A stretch of 64,000 bases of DNA, taken from positions 16,988,001 to 17,052,000 of the forward strand of contig CM022679.1 of NCBI GenBank assembly GCA_012295275.1. Direction: 5' to 3'. The stretch is from Chrysomallon squamiferum (taxonomy: Eukaryota; Animalia; Mollusca). A program made the position numbers and the translations under genes. Positions 62,201 through 64,000 of the stretch are shown piece after piece. Every line of letters begins with the position of its first letter. The stretch's first letter is position 1. The notes under the pieces were generated by a model, which saw nothing but the letters and a program-made list of their open reading frames with translations, was not told where the DNA came from and did no database searches.

Positions 62201-63560
62201 TGCAACAAACAAGCACCTGGCCAATGCTCTACCATGCATAGAGTACAGCCCACTTTGTAAATAAATGATGGCAGACTTCTAAATGTATCAATTAAACAGA
62301 TAGATGAATGGGCGGGCAGTTAGAGGGAATAACAACTATTTAATGAACAAAGTAATTTAAAAACAACATTTTAAAAATAAGTTTGCCAAGTTAAAATCTT
62401 CATAATTAACTCATTAACAAGACATACATAGACACACTGCTAATAATATATTTGAGACATGTGGTAAATGTCATGGTATTTGAACCATCAGGACTGGTTC
62501 AGCTAAATACCTCTATTTGTACTGTAAGGTCAATCTTAGTTCAGCAAATCAGAGATAAAGGTGATATGGGGAAGGAAAATCTAGACTTGTAGTATTTTGT
62601 GTACCTAGAGCCAGCAGTAGAAAATAATACTATTTATCTAATTAGAATGTTTTCTTATTTGATCAGATGAAGATTGGAGAGGGACTCAGGACTGCAGTAC
62701 AGGGTGGCTAGTAAGAACTTAATTTAATATTAAAATCATATTGAAAAATTAATTTTATTTATTTTTTAAAAATATTTATTGTAATATTATTTATTATTAT
62801 TATCATCATCATCATCATCATCATTATTATTAATTACTTAAGGTTCAGAAATGTAATTTGAATAATTTAAAATATTATTTAATATAGTATAAATATCTTA
62901 TTTTATAAACAATTCAAATTATATTATATTTCTAAACTTCAAATCATGATTCATAGAACCAATTATATGTGGGTGTAGCTTTTGAAGGATGGGTACATTA
63001 TTTCTGAAAATATATTAATTAGCAAAAAAATAAATAATCCAGCATTAAGTAAATAATCCACAAATTAAAAAAAAAAACTTACATGCACACACATAAAATG
63101 CAGATAATAAAACTGAAAAAAAAAGCAAGGTATTTATTAAAGTAAACAAAATTATTAAAATTTGAATACAAGTACTCACATGCTACTTCAACAAGCCCAG
63201 GTTTGCTTTCAACAAATTTTGGTGCTGATGAACCAGGCACAGTATTCCAAGCATAACATCGGCAGATGTAACCCTCACTGCCAAAGTACTCCTCCACCTC
63301 TTCGCGGGATACTTTAATGCTTGATTGAAGAGTGCGTATACCTGTCATTGGATCAATCAGTTTCAGATTCACCTGATGTTTGGCTGGCACTTGCTGCCCT
63401 GCACATTTGAAAGTTATCTGAATAGCTGGTGTTGCCCTGCAAGTGATTGTAACTGGCTTGTTTTTTACAACAAAGTAATTAGGCTTGGGTTGTTCTTTGA
63501 ACACTGGAGGGCCTTGAGCCAGGGGATCACTGCTACCAATCACAGGCGCCACAAAGTCAC
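21402..63560 (-). CDS. unc5: Netrin receptor UNC5 (5'-partial; 18 exons, ~980 aa in window)
   Basis: Exons 63560-63180 (Ig1), 58195-58092 and 52837-52657 (Ig2), 52300-52133 and 46173-46012 (TSP1 x2), 43130-43074 and 39489-39448 (mini-exons), 34300-34142 (TM), 33899-33849 (mini-exon), 31857-31438, 28118-28017, 27624-27458 (ZU5), 25772-25536, 24854-24708, 24438-24268 (UPA), 22578-22454, 22151-22050, 21573-21402 (death domain, stop). All introns are GT..AG with consistent phases, and the domain order is diagnostic of UNC5. Confidence 0.96.
22050..22151 (-). CDS. unc5: UNC5 exon, death domain N-part
   Basis: [34 protein letters not shown]; absent from the ORF track. Confidence 0.93.
22454..22578 (-). 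CDS. unc5: UNC5 exon, UPA-death domain linker
   Basis: [42 protein letters not shown], phase 0-2. Confidence 0.88.
24268..24438 (-). CDS. unc5: UNC5 exon, UPA domain
   Basis: [22 protein letters not shown]... Confidence 0.95.
24708..24854 (-). CDS. unc5: UNC5 exon, UPA domain
   Basis: [49 protein letters not shown]. Confidence 0.95.
24860..25390. repeat. Degenerate tandem array, ~40-50 bp unit (cagtaatctactttctttagacaattccttctactactctac)
   Basis: About 11 recognisable copies, starting at the acceptor of exon 24854. Confidence 0.85.
25536..25772 (-). CDS. unc5: UNC5 exon, post-ZU5/UPA
   Basis: [19 protein letters not shown]...[18 protein letters not shown]. Confidence 0.95.
27458..27624 (-). 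CDS. unc5: UNC5 exon, ZU5 domain
   Basis: [31 protein letters not shown]...WQ. Confidence 0.95.
27673..27774. repeat. Compound (CA)n(GA)n microsatellite
   Basis: Read directly; it reads (TC)n(TG)n on the UNC5 transcript, ~50 nt upstream of an acceptor. Confidence 0.95.
28017..28118 (-). CDS. unc5: UNC5 exon, ZU5 domain
   Basis: [34 protein letters not shown]. Confidence 0.95.
29443..29765. repeat. Minisatellite, 14-bp unit ACATATACAT(A/C)(C/T)AA with 20-bp variants
   Basis: Read directly; it explains the three spurious Y/M/C/V ORFs here. Confidence 0.95.
31179..31257 (+). repeat. Dispersed repeat, second copy at 32948-33019
   Basis: gagaagcca..gaggga.tttgccattgttcacag...catatgcagaaga is present at both positions in the same orientation. 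Confidence 0.8.
31438..31857 (-). CDS. unc5: UNC5 exon, cytoplasmic juxtamembrane region to ZU5 start
   Basis: [10 protein letters not shown]...[13 protein letters not shown], 420 nt, phase 1-1. Confidence 0.93.
32780..32910 (-). mobile_element. GC-rich SINE-like relic
   Basis: GC-rich island with a B-box-like GGGTTTGATCCC on the minus strand (~32829-32840). Confidence 0.35.
33849..33899 (-). CDS. unc5: UNC5 51-nt cytoplasmic mini-exon
   Basis: ttttcag|AC...GGAG|gtaatt; encodes (D)[16 protein letters not shown]; symmetric phase 1. Confidence 0.75.
34142..34300 (-). CDS. unc5: UNC5 transmembrane exon
   Basis: [52 protein letters not shown]; absent from the ORF track. Confidence 0.93.
35570..36005. 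repeat. Degenerate AT-rich tandem array, ~40 bp unit (aagtttaactatgaatgtttgtatttaaatcaaaattaaga)
   Basis: About 10 imperfect copies. Confidence 0.75.
36470..36553. repeat. (AAAAT)n followed by (TTAACA)n
   Basis: Read directly from the sequence. Confidence 0.9.
37345..37450. repeat. (TATG)n microsatellite
   Basis: Read directly from the sequence. Confidence 0.95.
39448..39489 (-). CDS. unc5: UNC5 42-nt extracellular stalk mini-exon
   Basis: ttgcatttttcag|AA...GAAG|gttagt; encodes (E)[13 protein letters not shown]; symmetric phase 1. Confidence 0.65.
42321..43070. repeat. Tandem array: perfect ~89-bp duplication plus degenerate ~43-bp units (attaacatcactacaaacagggtgttgtccatgtctatgtat)
   Basis: Read directly; the array runs up to the donor of the 57-nt exon. 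Confidence 0.9.
43074..43130 (-). CDS. unc5: UNC5 57-nt extracellular stalk mini-exon
   Basis: tatttcag|AC...ATAG|gtaaga; encodes (D)[18 protein letters not shown]; symmetric phase 1. Confidence 0.7.
   Translation of the reverse strand, partial: TTDKFHQDLILLRRIKLR
46012..46173 (-). CDS. unc5: UNC5 second TSP1 exon
   Basis: [37 protein letters not shown]...CTGGMCR. Confidence 0.96.
46244..46616. mobile_element. MITE/foldback element with long imperfect inverted arms
   Basis: The left arm cctgtggtggtatgaacaagtagtctagttaaatcctttacacttccaagttat matches the reverse complement of the right arm, cctttggtgatatgatgaaatagtttaaataaattctgcagactttccaagttat. An inner cctgccat/atggcagg pair is also present, and a related fragment lies at ~24135-24170. 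Confidence 0.75.
48230..48458. repeat. Local imperfect duplication
   Basis: aacatgtatggctga...taaagagaatggaaatattt.tag.aactattag...tcaaat occurs twice. Confidence 0.75.
50410..50720. repeat. Highly degenerate gcatgc/gcatgggtgtg tandem units
   Basis: Recurring agcatgc and gcatgggtgtg...tttttag motifs. Confidence 0.45.
52133..52300 (-). CDS. unc5: UNC5 first TSP1 exon
   Basis: [41 protein letters not shown]... Confidence 0.96.
52657..52837 (-). CDS. unc5: UNC5 Ig2 C-part exon
   Basis: VFWLKD...[21 protein letters not shown]...AVLTVY. Confidence 0.96.
54727..54774. repeat. (ATT)n microsatellite
   Basis: Read directly from the sequence. Confidence 0.9.
57580..58097. repeat. Degenerate tandem array (~45-65 bp unit) running into the donor of exon 58092
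   Basis: Recurring gtac(c/t)..tgg...ctaactaga...tagatttatgttataa. Confidence 0.6.
58092..58195 (-). CDS. unc5: UNC5 Ig2 N-part exon
   Basis: (Y)[34 protein letters not shown]; absent from the ORF track. Confidence 0.94.
60341..60450 (+). mobile_element. Degraded SINE-like dispersed repeat
   Basis: gttccagccagtg...caaaggctgtggtatatgttttcctatctgtgggaaagcacatat resembles an abundant gastropod SINE core as I recall it; a more decayed inverted copy lies at ~62020-62252. Confidence 0.55.
62020..62252 (-). mobile_element. Degraded SINE-like repeat, inverted relative to the 60341 copy
   Basis: accttcccataga...ctttgata...cttgtggagactggct is reverse-complementary to parts of 60341-60450. Confidence 0.45.
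63180..63560 (-). CDS. unc5: UNC5 Ig1 exon
   Basis: [35 protein letters not shown]...[23 protein letters not shown]. Confidence 0.96.
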
Positions 63561-64000
63561 CTGGAATCACAAGAAGAAAAGTTAATTAATAATTTTAATC
63601 TCAGAATTAAAAAATGCAGAAGAAATATAGAGAGACTGACTGAAAGAGATAAAACTTCCCCCCAAAAACCAGATTTATTTTTCTAAAAGGTCATGAAAAT
63701 TTAATAAAATTTCAAATAAATAAATAAAAGCATTTCTATTGTTTCTGAAAATATTCTACCATGTCAAGAACTCTATATAACATTTAAAAATAATAATTGT
63801 TAAATATATCACACACAAAAAATATACTCTATATAGAAAGAAATAATGCATTATTATGAGTTTGATATTAAACGATATATGTTTTCTTTAAAATATCTGA
63901 TAAAAGTCAGGAATGTTATTTACTATTTAAAAATAATTCTACTAACTGTCCAGTATATACATATATAAAATATTATTATTTTATTGCATTAAAGAAATGT

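Overview
AT-rich, CpG-depleted, intron-rich animal genomic DNA, probably from a gastropod mollusc (inferred from the repeats, not proven). It is not prokaryotic, and most short ORFs in the supplied track are noise. Three spliced genes can be rebuilt by hand with consistent exon phases. (1) A minus-strand 11-exon gene of about 303 aa (9830->2963), only fragmentarily visible in the ORF track, whose C-terminal half resembles kinetochore protein CENP-U. (2) A plus-strand 8-exon TEDC1 (C14orf80) ortholog (10360->15497), head-to-head with gene 1 across a ~530 bp CpG-rich bidirectional promoter. (3) A minus-strand UNC5 netrin receptor (18 exons seen, 63560->21402; Ig-Ig-TSP1-TSP1-TM-ZU5-UPA-death domain; the signal-peptide exon lies beyond the window), including three symmetric 42-57 nt mini-exons. 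Introns hold SINE/MITE relics, a MADF-domain fragment, microsatellites and degenerate tandem arrays, three of which start exactly at splice sites. I see no firm evidence of a wholly new biological system. The best leads are the hidden CENP-U-like gene, the UNC5 mini-exons and the splice-site-anchored duplications.
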